A DNA stretch of 64,000 bases from Elsinoe ampelina (GCA_010093995.1 ML992504.1:1392885-1456884), one strand, 5' to 3'; positions 1-11,400 are shown, counted from the first letter of the stretch. Numbers and translations: made by a program. The notes: a model not told the origin generated them from the sequence alone.

Positions 1-29
1 GCGCACAGTGAAGATCTCCGCTCGCTTAC

Positions 30-390
30 CGACCTTTGGGGTGGCAAGGGGCTTCTTTGGTTTCTTGGTCTTCTTCGCCTTCTTTGTCGTGGTGGTAGTA
101 GTGGTAGTCTTTGCCTTCTTGCCTGGTTTCTTGGTTGTCGTCGGCCTAGCTGAAGTAGTGAGCGTCGATGCTGTAGTTGTGGTTTCGGCCTCGACTCCAG
201 AAATTGGTGTTGGCTTGCTCTTTTCGAGCCTAGCTACGATCGAGTTTGCCACTGCTTCTCTGTCGACAGCTGTGTTAGTAGCTGGGGGATCGTCTTGAAG
301 CTCGGGGTTCTCAGCAATCATAGCGGAGAGGTCGAATGCTCCCACGGTGGCCAGGGCGGCCGCGAACGGCAGTGCTTTGATGAGACGCAT
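30..390 (-). CDS. Secreted Thr/Lys-rich protein, first exon (gene continues off the left edge)
   Basis: ATG at 390 reads MRLIKALPFAAALATVGAFDLSAMIAENPELQDDPP...TTTTTTKKAKKTKKPKKP, with a signal-peptide-like N-terminus. A GTAAGC donor starts at 29. Not present in the ORF track. Confidence 0.7.
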
Positions 391-1919
391 TTCGCAGAGG
401 GGACGAATGTGAAGCAATTACTGACGGGTAGACGTGGAATCCGAAAATGTGCGGCACCCGGGAGAAGATGATATACATCCCGTGGCTCGATATTGACTCG
501 TTTAGCCGTTGTGATCAAAAGCCTCTTACAAGACAGTATTCTCTTACTTTGATTCAACGTCAGGGCCAGCCTAGCCGGGATCTGGGCGGACGGGATCGCA
601 TGTTTCTGGTCTCTCGACCTGTAACGGTCAAGCCGGCCAGTGTTGAATTGGAAGACTCGATCCTTGGTTTTGTTCCTGGTTTTGCGGTGATAATATAGTT
701 CGCGTTTTCACGCTGTGCAAGTCATGGAAGCCGACCATTCCGACCTTCTTGACACTACGTAGTTGATCAGTGGCACTAGTGCTAGTCCAAGGGTTTGGGG
801 ATAACCGCGAGGAAGCGGCGAGGAACCTCTTCGTTCTGATTTTGCCGCGGCCGTTTCCATATACCGGTATGTGGCCGGTGGCAGCCGCGGACCACTCCGG
901 ATCGAGATGTTATTCCGTGGATGATATCGGCCAGACATGCAATCGATTGGCTTGTGTGCCTATCCTCGAATGTTGCAATGGCCCTCGTTAATTTGATATT
1001 TCGGTCTTTCGTCGGATCTAAGCCTAGCCATGACATTGTCCTTACCTGCTTGACACACATGGCTGCACTGACTGATCCGTCCGGATGTCGATTGAAATGA
1101 AATGACATGCCAGGCATAATCGAGCGACGGCTCTCGTATCATGTGGGTCCTAAAGTCGTCCTGTGCCTGGCGACAATGCTCGTGTCCAACGTCGTAGGGC
1201 TGCTTAGGCTCCGGCAAAGACGTTGGGTAAGGCGGGACGTTACTCGATACCACCGGACAGCATAGTAAAATGCCATGAGGGACAGGACCGCCTTTGTAAG
1301 GCTGGCAACGGCGTGCACAGGTGATCGCTCGTCAATTAGCTGGGCAAGACAAATGACGAGAGGCTGGAGTCTCTGCTGTGAAGTCTCACGTTGGAAGTGA
1401 GATGCCGCAACTTTGATCTGCTGGATAGTCTTGCGCGATGAATGCCCGAAGAAAGGGAGGTCAGACCAACCGCGTGTGGTGGACTTGCCAATGTGCTCGA
1501 TACCTGATGTAGTGGATGAGGTGAGAAGTTGGAGGGCAAAATGGGATGATTCGGTTAAATCCGCGGGGTCAATTTAACCAGATCACCCGCCGGCATGCTG
1601 AGAAAGGACCTGCATTGATCATCTTGTGCTGCTCGTCTGCCCCACGGGTTCCTCTTTGCCCCTGGATTACAGGCAATTTACGCAATTTCACTGCAAAGAT
1701 TCTTCTGCTCGTTCGTGTCCGTAGGGCTCCGGAGGGGGAAACGTGTCCATGGCCTACTGCGCTCTTCAACCAGCTCTGCACGCCCGATAAAAGAGCTTCA
1801 GGTAGGCGAGACGGGCAAGTTCAACCTTTTTGCCTCTTGATTCGCTGTGAATTATTCGTCCATACGTCTACAGCAGTTCTTGAATTTGTCGAATGATCGT
1901 CAAGTATCTGTAATTCACC

Positions 1920-3850
1920 ATGGGTTCCACCGGACCACTCTATATCGTAAGAGGCCGATTTTACCCCGCCGCTGTCTAAATTGCTCTCTCTAATCGCGAC
2001 GACAGGGGTTTGACTTGTCAACACAACAATTGAAAGGTCACTATATCATCAAAGGATATTACATCGGTCCTCAAGCTTATTTCTTACAGCTCTCGTTGTC
2101 AACTCCAATCTCAAATTGCAACATGAAGCAAAAGTGTCCTTTGATGATGACCTGTCCAAATATGGCGTCAAGAAGGGTGTTCTCACCAATCCATTGGAGG
2201 GCGAGATCTTCGCACCAGTCGCTATGTGGCTAGATGCCATTGAGCTGGTCTTGTCTCGACTTCGTGATGCTGGCTGCGACTTCTCCCTGATCAAGGGTCT
2301 GTCCGGCGCCGGCATGCAGCACGGCACCGTCTTCTGGAGTCTGGAGGCAGAAAAGCTGTTAGCCAGCCTTGACCACACCAAGTCTTTAAAGGACCAGCTC
2401 GAGCCTAGCGATCAGGTAGATGCACGACACGGAGCATTCAGTCATCCACATAGTCCAAATTGGCAAGACGCAAGCACGCAGAAACAGTGCGATGCGTTTG
2501 ATGCCGAGCTCGGTAGTCCTCAAGTTCTGGCAAAGGAGACTGGCAGCAAAGCACATCACGTGAGTCGATTGACATCCCCCCTTTCGATACGACTAACGCA
2601 AGTTACAGAGATTCAGTGGACCGCAGATCATGCGGTGGCGAGAAAAGTATCCACATGAGTGGAAGAAGACTTCCCGCATCTCTCTCGTCTCGTCTTTCAT
2701 CACGTCCGTCTTTCTCGGTAAGATTGCGCCTATCGATATTGGCGATGTCTGCGGCATGAACTTGTGGCACATTGACCAAGGTAAATGGCACGAGAAATTG
2801 TTGCAACTTGCCGCGGGCGGCCAGGACTCGTCCGACCTAAAGACGAAACTCGGTCATGTCCCTGAAGACGGCGGTACCGACCTGGGTACCATCAGCCCTT
2901 ACTTCACAAAACGATTCGGCTTCCCCGACGACTGTGCCATTCGCCCCTGCACCGGCGACAACCCCGCCACCATCCTCGCGCTCCCCCTCCTCCCCTCGGA
3001 CGCCATGGTCTCTCTCGGCACCTCCACAACCTTCCTCATGAGTACCCCGATGTACAAACCCGACCCATCCTACCACTTCATGAACCACCCCACAACCCCC
3101 GGCCTCTACATGTTCATGCTCTGCTACAAGAACGGTGGCCTCGCCCGCGAACAAATCCGAGACAACCTACCCAGCAAAACCTGGGACGAATTCAACTCCA
3201 CCGCCCTCTCCACCCCACCCCTCGCCAGCACCTCATCCTCCCCCGCCCGTCTCGGCCTCTTCTTCCCCCGCCCCGAAATCGTCCCCAACGTCCGCGCCGG
3301 CCAATGGCGCTATGAATACGACTCGGCCTCCGACAACCTGTCCCCCGTGAGCTCCGACCCGGTGGAGTCCGACGCCCGCGTCATCGTCGAGAGCCAAATG
3401 CTCTCCCTCCGCCTGCGCAGCCAGGGCCTCGTCCACCCGCAGAAAGACAAGGACGGGAACACCCTCCCCGCCCAGCCTCGACGTGTCTACCTCGTCGGCG
3501 GCGCGAGCTCGAACCTGGCCATCGCGAGGATCGCGGGGGACGTACTCGGTGGTGCGGAGGGCGTGTTTAAGCTCGACATCGGCGGGAATGCGTGTGCGTT
3601 GGGTGCGGCGTACAAGGCGGTGTGGGGGTGTGAGAGGAGGCAGGGGCAGAGTTTTGAGGATTTTATCGGGGGGAGGTGGGATGAGGATGAGTTTGTTGTG
3701 AGGATCACGGATGGGTACAGGAAGGGAGTGTTTGAGAGGTATGGTGAGGCGCTGAAGGGGTTTGAGAGGATGGAGGCGGAGGTTTTGAAGCAGGCGGGGA
3801 ATGAGAGGGTGGAGTTGACGGGTGGGGTGGTGCATCATCCTGCTTCTTGA
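1920..3850 (+). CDS. XKS1: D-xylulose kinase (FGGY family)
   Basis: Exons 1920-1946 (MGSTGPLYI), 2006-2036 ([10 protein letters not shown]), 2090-2559 and 2609-3850. Motifs [59 protein letters not shown]. Confidence 0.95.
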
Positions 3851-4298
3851 GGGGAGGAGCACTTGGTCTTGTTTGTGGAGGAGCAGGAGACGAGACGCTG
3901 TATTCAAATTGCACACTTACCCTGAGTGCATACCAGGTGATTGAGTCGCAGCAATACATCAATCAACAACCCTCTCGACCTGTCAATCATTTGAAGCAAG
4001 AACTTGACGACTTCAAACCTCACTTTTGCTCTCGTCCAAAGAAAGATCCACTCACATGAAACAGATGTATAGAGTAGACTATCCGTATGTGACATGCGCA
4101 CACGACTTTGCTGACTCAAAAGCTGGTCTCCCGTGCACGACATAGACCCGATAACGAAGCCCCACACGCGCTGTCTACACACACATGCATTTGCTACAAT
4201 TTGCTATATGGCAAAAAGCTGATGGAGAGAATCTAATACATTACCACAACTTAATGAAGTCGTCCTTACTTGCATTTGTAGAAAGCTTCGAGCGGCCG

Positions 4299-4306
4299 AA
4301 AAAAAA
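4299..4306 (-). terminator. RNA polymerase III oligo-dT terminator of the tRNA-Arg gene
   Basis: T8 run on the minus strand, 15 nt after the discriminator base (4322). Confidence 0.8.
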
Positions 4307-4346
4307 TTGTGGTTCCGTCCATGATCGTACCAGGGGTCGAACCTGG

Positions 4347-4396
4347 CTGTGGCCGGGTTAGTTTTGATTTTAGCCATGTGTAGAAGTATCACTAAC
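4347..4396 (-). other. Spliceosomal-type intron 3 in tRNA-Arg (variable loop/T-stem junction, 48/49), 50 nt
   Basis: GTTAGT...AAAACTAACCCGGCCACAG: donor, CTAAC branch point, CAG acceptor. Confidence 0.88.
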
Positions 4397-4407
4397 AATC
4401 TCTTGAT

Positions 4408-4444
4408 GAAATTTTGCCGTTCCCAACTGGAGAACTGGGCTCAA
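4408..4444 (-). other. Canonical (endonuclease-type) tRNA intron at 37/38, 37 nt
   Basis: TTGAGCCCAGTTCTCCAGTTGGGAACGGCAAAATTTC sits one nt 3' of the ACG anticodon and has no GT-AG ends. Removing it restores a 7-nt anticodon loop. Confidence 0.85.
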
Positions 4445-4452
4445 TCGTAGTC

Positions 4453-4500
4453 CTGAGCCGATTAGGTGTGTCCAATTGGACCTGGGTCGAATATGCTTAC
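4453..4500 (-). other. Spliceosomal-type intron 2 in tRNA-Arg (anticodon stem, 29/30), 48 nt
   Basis: GTAAGC...ACACCTAATCGGCTCAG: donor, CTAAT branch point, CAG acceptor. Confidence 0.88.
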
Positions 4501-4511
4501 AAGCGCCTTGC

Positions 4512-4562
4512 CTGAGAACGTATTAGACCAGGAACTCGGCTGGGAAGCGAGAATCCACTCAC
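4512..4562 (-). other. Spliceosomal-type intron 1 in tRNA-Arg (D-loop, between G18 and G19), 51 nt
   Basis: GTGAGT...GGTCTAATACGTTCTCAG: donor, CTAAT branch point, CAG acceptor. Confidence 0.88.
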
Positions 4563-4600
4563 CATTGGGCCATACGACCTCAATTGATGCTCTAGCCAAA

Positions 4601-4620
4601 AGTTTTAAAATATATATTCC
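4601..4620 (-). promoter_or_regulatory. TATA-like AT-rich tract upstream of the tRNA gene
   Basis: GGAATATATATTTTAAAACT lies about 22-41 nt upstream of the mature 5' end, where TFIIIB/TBP usually binds. Confidence 0.55.
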
Positions 4621-5446
4621 AGTAATTGCACAGTCGTGGCAGCTACACGTGACTGAGCGGCCCATACGCAACAATGAGCATGAATAGTGGTACCTGCGAT
4701 CATTGCATGCACGCTACAGCGTGCTGAGAGGCGTCCTAGACCGTATCACGAGGTTCTTGGCTTGATTTGTCGATGTTCCAGGAAATTTCCTACTTGCCAC
4801 AGATCATCGTGTTTGGTCTCATTTGCTCGCTCTATGGCAAGCACAAAGACACATTCCACACAGTCCATTTTGCGTGCCACGAACAGCGGCATCGCTCAAC
4901 CAGCCTGGTATTTTCTCGGTATCGAGGTCATGCTCCAGAGGGGCTTAGCAGTCTCCGAGTAGTCTCTAGCGGACCATAGTGGCGTATTGATGAAGTCAAG
5001 AGCGTCGCGAACCAGCCCGTCTCATCCTTCACGACATGGCGGTGGTAGGCAGAGACTCCAGCAACCTACGTCGGCAGAGGTTCTGGCTAGGGAGCAATCG
5101 AAAGTGGCATTGGCTGCTATCACGCAGAACGATCGGTGTATACAACGGTGAAGGCCCCCTGATTGTCGTTGTCGCCTATCGCTGAGTCATCGCTTGGTGG
5201 CGGTGAGAACAAAGAAACGCACCCTGTACAATGCGATAGGGCATTAGACGGGCTCAGATGCTAATCACCACGATAGGAACAGGAACTAGGATGGAGCCAA
5301 GTGCTTCGTATATACAATGAGCAGACATGTCCCAATATGTACATCCCTACCAGCATCCATGAAAAGCTCGAAGTGATCGCTGATGATGACCACCTCAACG
5401 CCCTACCTATTGCCAACACTACCAGAACCTGATACCACTACTTCCT

Positions 5447-8400
5447 TCACCTCTTCCCAACGTTACCACTAGCATGCCTCAAATGCCTCGGCACCATCGG
5501 CTCCGCCGTCCTCACCTTACTCTGCAACCCCTCCAACCCCGTCCTCCTCTCACCCCAATCACTCTTCGCCGGCTCATCCACACTCCTATTATCCAAACTC
5601 CTCCTCCCACCTGCCACATCCTGCTCAACCTGCTCCGACCGAGAATCCAGATCAAAACCCCTCTGCCCAGTCCGTTTGGCACCCCTACCACTCAACCCAA
5701 CCTGCTCCCCATCCCCTCGTCGAGACTGGTCCGCCTCCGGACTCCCCCTCGAATACAGCGGCGAGTCCCTCTCCCTCAACGGACTCCTCGGCGGCACCTG
5801 CACCTCCTCCTCCGGCAACAGCGCCCAAGGCTGATCCCTCGGGCTCTGCGGCGTCCTCTCCGCCCTCGGCGGGACGTACGCCGATCCCGTATCTCTCCTC
5901 GGCCGCCCCGCCTCCGCAAGAGGACTACTACTCCTCGCACTCACCTTGCTCACCCTCCTCTGCGTCGGCGCTCGTCCCGCCGGACTATCCACACTACGCA
6001 TGTCGAAACTCCCCCTCAAATCAGCAGGGCTCGACTGCCCCACGCTCGCCGCCTTCTCCGTCTCGAGGCGTTCGCTCTCCTCCTCGATCTTGTGCATGCG
6101 CTGCTCGAAGCTATCCGGCGCGATGCCGAGGTCGCCGCTGAGAGCGTCCTTGTCGCCGAGCAGGCGGGAGATGGCCTCGTCGTAGCTGGCGTTGAGAGTG
6201 GCGAATTCAGCGGCGTGGTTGAGTGCGATTTGGGACTTGCGTTTGGCGAGGGCGTGGTGATGTTGGGCTTCGAGGCGGGATTCGGCTCGTCGGAGTTCTT
6301 CCTTTTTGGTCTTGAGGTCGTGGAGGGCGTGGGGTCTGGCGGGCTTGCGCTCGGCGGTGTCGGGTGGGGTGGGGAGGTCGCCGTATTGGGCTTTGAGCTC
6401 TTCTTTCTCCTTTCGCAGGCGCTCGGCTTCCTGGCCTTCAGCGGCCTCTTCGAGGATCTTCCTTTCCGACACGAGATCGTCGAACTTCTGCTTGTACTCC
6501 TTGGAAAGAGTGTCCTTTGCCATCTGGAGGTCGCCGACATGCTGAGCAATCTTGGCTGCGAAGGCTGCTTCGTTCTGGCTGATGACTTTGCCGAGCTCTG
6601 ACAGTTCTGATTGAGCGTGCTGGAGATACTCCTCGAAGGATCTTGCCGAGATGGGTCTATCGCTGGTGTCCAAATCTCGGGAGGTATTTACTGTCTTACC
6701 ATCAGGAGTCACAGGTCGACCATTGATTGCTCGAACAGTCCGATTGGTATCTGGCGATGGCAGTGCCGAGCCTTGGAAGGAAGCGGCCTGCGCACGGCTC
6801 TCCTTGAGCGCCCTCCTCAGCTTTCTGATTGTATGTTGCAGCTCATGCGTGTCTTCGTGCTTGGTCCGATCCAGCTCCACTGTCGTTTCGGTAAGCTTAG
6901 CAGACATGTTCTCCACATGCTTGGCCAACTCGTCCCTCTCACTGACTAGTCTCAGTACCTTCTCAGCCTCCTTCGCTCGCTCCTCCTCAGCACTTGCCAC
7001 TCTTCTCTCTACCTCAGCCAACCTCGCGACAGCATCATCGCCCTCGGTTCTTCCTTTCTGTAGCCCTTCCAGTTCTCCTACCAGTCGACTTTTCTCTTCG
7101 ATGGCTTTACTCTCCCCCTCCAAGGCTCTCGCTACTGCTCTTTTCAACTCGGCGACCGTACCATCTCTCTCTCTTGCGACCTGGCTCATCGACTCTCGAA
7201 GCTCTTGCTCAGCTGACCGAAGTATGTTAACTCGCTCGGTCTCCTCTGCCGCTCGTCGTCTTGCCTCGTCGAGCTGTGCCTTCAGCTCAGCTTGCTTCCT
7301 CTCGTGACTTTCTTCATCTTGCTTACGTTGTTCTCGCATGGAGTTGATCTCGCGGACCAGTCGTTCCGAGTCATCAGCTAGCTTCTGATGATCTGCGAGT
7401 GTCGAGCTAAGCTTCTCTTGCACAACGGACTGTTCCTTTGCCAGCTTGGATCGGAGATTCTCGAGCTCTGCCCGATGAGCATTATCGGCCTCCTTAGCAG
7501 ATTGCGTGAAATGCGTCTCCACTTCGGAGACCTTGCGACTGTGACTCTTTTCCTTCTCCTCCATTTGCGCATACAGCTTAGACTCTAAGGCTTGCATGGC
7601 TTGAACCTGAGCATTGCATTCTTGCTCGAGGGCTTCGGTGTGAGATTTGCGAGTCTCCTCAAGTTCATGAGTCAGCGAATCCCTGGTCTTTTGGAGCTCT
7701 TGCTGGTGACTGGCCGTGAGGTCATTGATCTTCTCCTCGTTGATCTTGCGGAGACGTTGCACTTCCCCAAAATGCTCCTCTTTAGCTTGTCTAATGGCAG
7801 TCTGCAACTTCTCCGCATGCGACTCGATGAGACTCTTTCGAATGGTACTGGCCTCACCCTTCAACTTCTCCAGATCGGCTTGGTGGCTATTTTTGGCAGC
7901 AGTGAGGTCGATCTGGTGCTTCTCGCGCAGTCGCGCCAGGTCCTTCTGATGCTGTTGTAGCAGCTGTGCAGAAGAGGTGTCGGACGTTTCTCTGGCCTTC
8001 TGAAGACGCTCGTTGTAAGATCGCTCGGCTTCCTCGAGCTCATCTTTGTGCTTGGCAGTCAGACCCTTAAGCTCGGATTCATGGGACTCCTTGATCCTGC
8101 TGTGCTCATTCTCAGCAACATTCAGCTTATCCTGGAGCGCCGTCAGAGCCCTTTGATGCTCGTCCTTCAGAGACTTGAGATCAGTTCCGTGCTGGTCCTC
8201 TCTATTGCGAGCTTCCTCCTCACGCTCTTGGATCGTTGCTTTGAGCGCTCCGATCTCCTTGTCGTGTCTCTCTTCCAGCTCTTCCAACCTAGCTTCATGT
8301 CCGGACCGAGTAGTGATGAGCTGGTGATTGGCGCTCTCGATTTCAGACCTTGTAATGCCCAGCTCCTTCGCATGTGACGCGTGGACATCCTGAAGATGTT

Positions 8401-11400
8401 TTGCGTGGAAAGCTTTGATTTGCTCCACCTCAGCAGCGGCACGCTTTCTCAGTTTCTCAAGCTCGTCTGCATGGTTCTTCTTGGTTTCTTGCAATGTTGC
8501 CATCTTATCTTTCTGAGCAAGGCTTCGGACCTCATCAATCGCTCTGGAATGTTCTTCCGATCTGGCGGAAAGCGTCGATTTGTGTTCCTTGAGTGTGGTA
8601 TTCAGTCGTCCTTGAAGCAAGCTGTACGCATCCTCGTGTTCACGACTCTTTGCGGAGAGGGCCCCTTCATGAGATGTCTTGAGATCCTCCAGCTGCTTTC
8701 CGTGCTGTGATTGCAGATCAGACATTCTAGAATCGTGTTCAGAGCGCAATGCGGCTAATTGCTTCTCGTGCTCAGTCATTGCAGCGTTGATCTGAGCAGT
8801 CAAAGATTGCTCTTTCTCTTGGTGTTTCCGTTGCAGAGCCGTCTGCTCTTCCTGATGAGATTTCTTGAGGTTGGCCACCGTCTGCTCCGCTTGTTCATGA
8901 GCCCCTCGGATGTCTTCCTCAGATTTGGCTTGCATCTCTGCGAAATGTTTTTCAAAAGTGGCTTTCTCCTCCTCGAACACCCGGCGCAGCTCTGCGATTT
9001 GCTTGCCATGTGCTTCTTGTGTCTTCTTGAAGTCCGCTTCGGCTCTTGCCTGTACGTTCTTGACTTCGGCTTCGAGTGCGGATTTTTGTCCCTGATGCTT
9101 CTCGTTTAGCTCTGCCAACCGCTTTTGAGACTCCTTGTGGGCATGCTCCAGATCCTCGACCGCCTTGAACTGCGCATCCTTGAGCCGACTTTCCAGTTGC
9201 GACTTCTCTCTGTCATGCTTGGACTTGAAATCTGCAAGGTGTTTGTCGGCGTCGTTTCGGACCTTCGTAATATCGGCATCAGCAGAGTTGCGAAGATCAG
9301 CAATCTGCTTCTCTAGATCCGACCTCTCAGAACCATGCTTGTTCGTCAAGTCCTCGATCTGGCTCTCAAGGGTTGATCTTTCCGAGCCATGCTTTGCATT
9401 CAGGTCCTGGATTTGCTTCTCCGTGTAGTCCCGAACGACCTTCAGATCAGATTCGGCCTTCGTGAGCAGGTCTTGGACATGCTTCTCGTGCTGTTGCTCC
9501 AAATCAGATCGCTCCGATGTGAGCTTCTTCGTCTCCAACTCGTGAGTGGTGGTCAGCTCCTTCTGTCGGACTTCGGCGTTTTTTTGCGCCTGTTGGACAT
9601 CGGATTTTGCCTTTTCTTGAGCTTCGGTAATCTGCTTCATGAGATTGGCGGTAACGGTGGCTACCTTTTCCTTCATGGAGCGTTCTACTTTCTGCTTCTC
9701 GAGTAGCAAGCCACTCCTGTCCTGCTCGTGTGACGACTTGAGATCGGACATCGCACGTTCATGATCAAGTTTCGCTCTATTGATAGCTTCCGAAGCTTGA
9801 GTCTTTGCAGTGGCCAGTTCCGACTCCAGTGACGATCTTGTTGATGCAATTTGCTCACGTAGATTCTTCTCTGATTCTCCACGTTTGCGTTCAATATCAG
9901 ATAGTTGTTCCTGGTGTGCTTTCGCAAGTTCAGAGAGCTTACGATCTGACGTCTCTGTAGCGTCCTTAAGCTCTTTCGCATGAGTGGTTTTGGTCTCACT
10001 TAGATCTCGTTCGGCAGCGTGCTTGGCGGCGGCGATGAGGTCTTGTAAGGCCTTTTCTCTCCGCTCGTGGGCCGAGTTGAGGGCCTCCTTCTCCTTTTCG
10101 AAGTCGTTTCGCAGCCGATCGAATTCCTGCCCCTGCTTCAGCTCGGCAGCTTTCACGTCTTCCGCAGCAGCGGTCTTTGCCTTTTCCAGGTCTTCACCAA
10201 GCTGGTTGACCTTGCTTTCGAGACCCTTACGAGCCCCACTGAGATCCTTGACTTCTGCGCTCAGCTTGGCGATTTCCTGGTCTCTCTCCTCTATCCTGCC
10301 ACGTAAGCGATCAACAGTCTTGGACAAATCCTCGCTCTCATCCCAGGCCTTATCGAGTAGACCTTGCATATCCTTCTCCTTTTTCGCAGCATCTTTCTTC
10401 AGGTGCTCCAACTCGTCCTTCGTCAGGTTGAAATGCTTATTGGTGTCGGCAAGTCGAGCAGCGAGGCCAGCTAGCTGTCCCTTCAGACTATCCTTATCCT
10501 TCCCACTAGCGTTACGAACGATGCTGAGCTCCACTTGGGCCTTCTCGAGCTCAACCTTGAGCGAAGATTTCTCCCGCTCAAGCTCCCTTGTCAGCTCATG
10601 GAGCCGAGTCTCCGCTTCTGAGGCTCGTTGATGCTCTGACTCGTACGCAGCACTTTGCCTCTTGGCGTCCTCCAAGGAGGAGTCCAATTGGCGCTTGAGG
10701 GTGGCAATGGTCTCATGTGATGTGGATAAATCCAAGTCTCTTTTCTTCACGTCCGCAGCGCTAGCATTGATCTGCTCCTGTTTGGACTTGTGCTGAATTT
10801 GTAGAGTGCGCAGTTCGCTAACTTTGCTGTCCAATTCAGATTCGAGCTTGGAATGTAGTGACTCGAGATCCGTCAATTGTTTACTTGCCGTGGCATGCTT
10901 TGATTCGAGATCTTTGACCTTGTTGTTTGACGACTGCAAGGTTTGCTCAAGACTGGTGTGCTTCTTAGCAAGTTCACCATGCGACTTTTCTGAGGCATCG
11001 AGCTTTTGCTGTAATGATTGTGTGGAAGATAGACTGGCCGACTGCTGCTTCTGGAGTGATGCATGATTAGACTGCAGATCTGCAAGACTCTTTTTGATCT
11101 CCTGATTCTGAGCCTTGAGGTCGTCGAGGTGCTTCTGTAATCTGTCTGCATTCTTCAAAGCCTCGGTCCTTTCGTCATTGGCCTCATCGATACGACGCTC
11201 TGCATCTTCGAGCCATTCTTCACGTTCTCGCTTGATCTTATCAATGTCCTGCTTTAGCATCTCTACCTCCTTGGCATGCTCCGTCAACTCGACATCAACT
11301 TCGCTCTCAGAGTCGGAATCGACAGGATCTCTGACCACACTTGGAGCTGCCAAGTTGGCCTTCCGTAGTCGCCGCTTTAGACGGTCAAGCTCTTTTAAAA

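Larger units (their letters stand above)
4322..4579 (-). tRNA. tRNA-Arg(ACG) interrupted by three spliceosomal-type introns and one canonical tRNA intron
   Basis: Pieces 4579-4563, 4511-4501, 4452-4445, 4407-4397 and 4346-4322 join to GGTCGTA TG GCCC AATGGCA AGGC G CTTGA CTACGAA TCAAG AGATT CCAGG TTCGACC CCTGG TACGATC A (72 nt). The acceptor stem is 7 bp (one G-U), the anticodon and T stems are 5 bp and fully paired, and the anticodon is ACG. Confidence 0.92.

Noticed and set aside
1553..1579. Inverted repeat GGTTAAAT-N11-ATTTAACC
   Set aside because: An 8-bp stem with no other support; compatible with chance or an ordinary promoter element.
700..1900. Several 60-116 aa ORFs between the first gene and xylulokinase
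   Set aside because: No recognisable motif or coherent exon chain; treated as divergent promoter/UTR sequence.
3233..3916. Long antisense or alternate-frame ORFs (also 5474-6601, 14080-14853, 44380-45075, 57622-58845, 61723-62544)
   Set aside because: They overlap well-supported genes inside C/G-skewed tracts where stop codons are depleted; the products are low-complexity shadows.
4204..4687. Short ORFs (4204-4398, 4462-4674, 4466-4687) and the idea that the GT-AG introns belong to a small protein gene
   Set aside because: The ORFs have non-ATG starts and no recognisable product, whereas the spliced sequence forms a full tRNA cloverleaf with Pol III signals.
4985..5190. TGATGA...CTGA as a possible box C/D snoRNA
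   Set aside because: No terminal stem or rRNA-complementary guide recognised; such short motifs are common.
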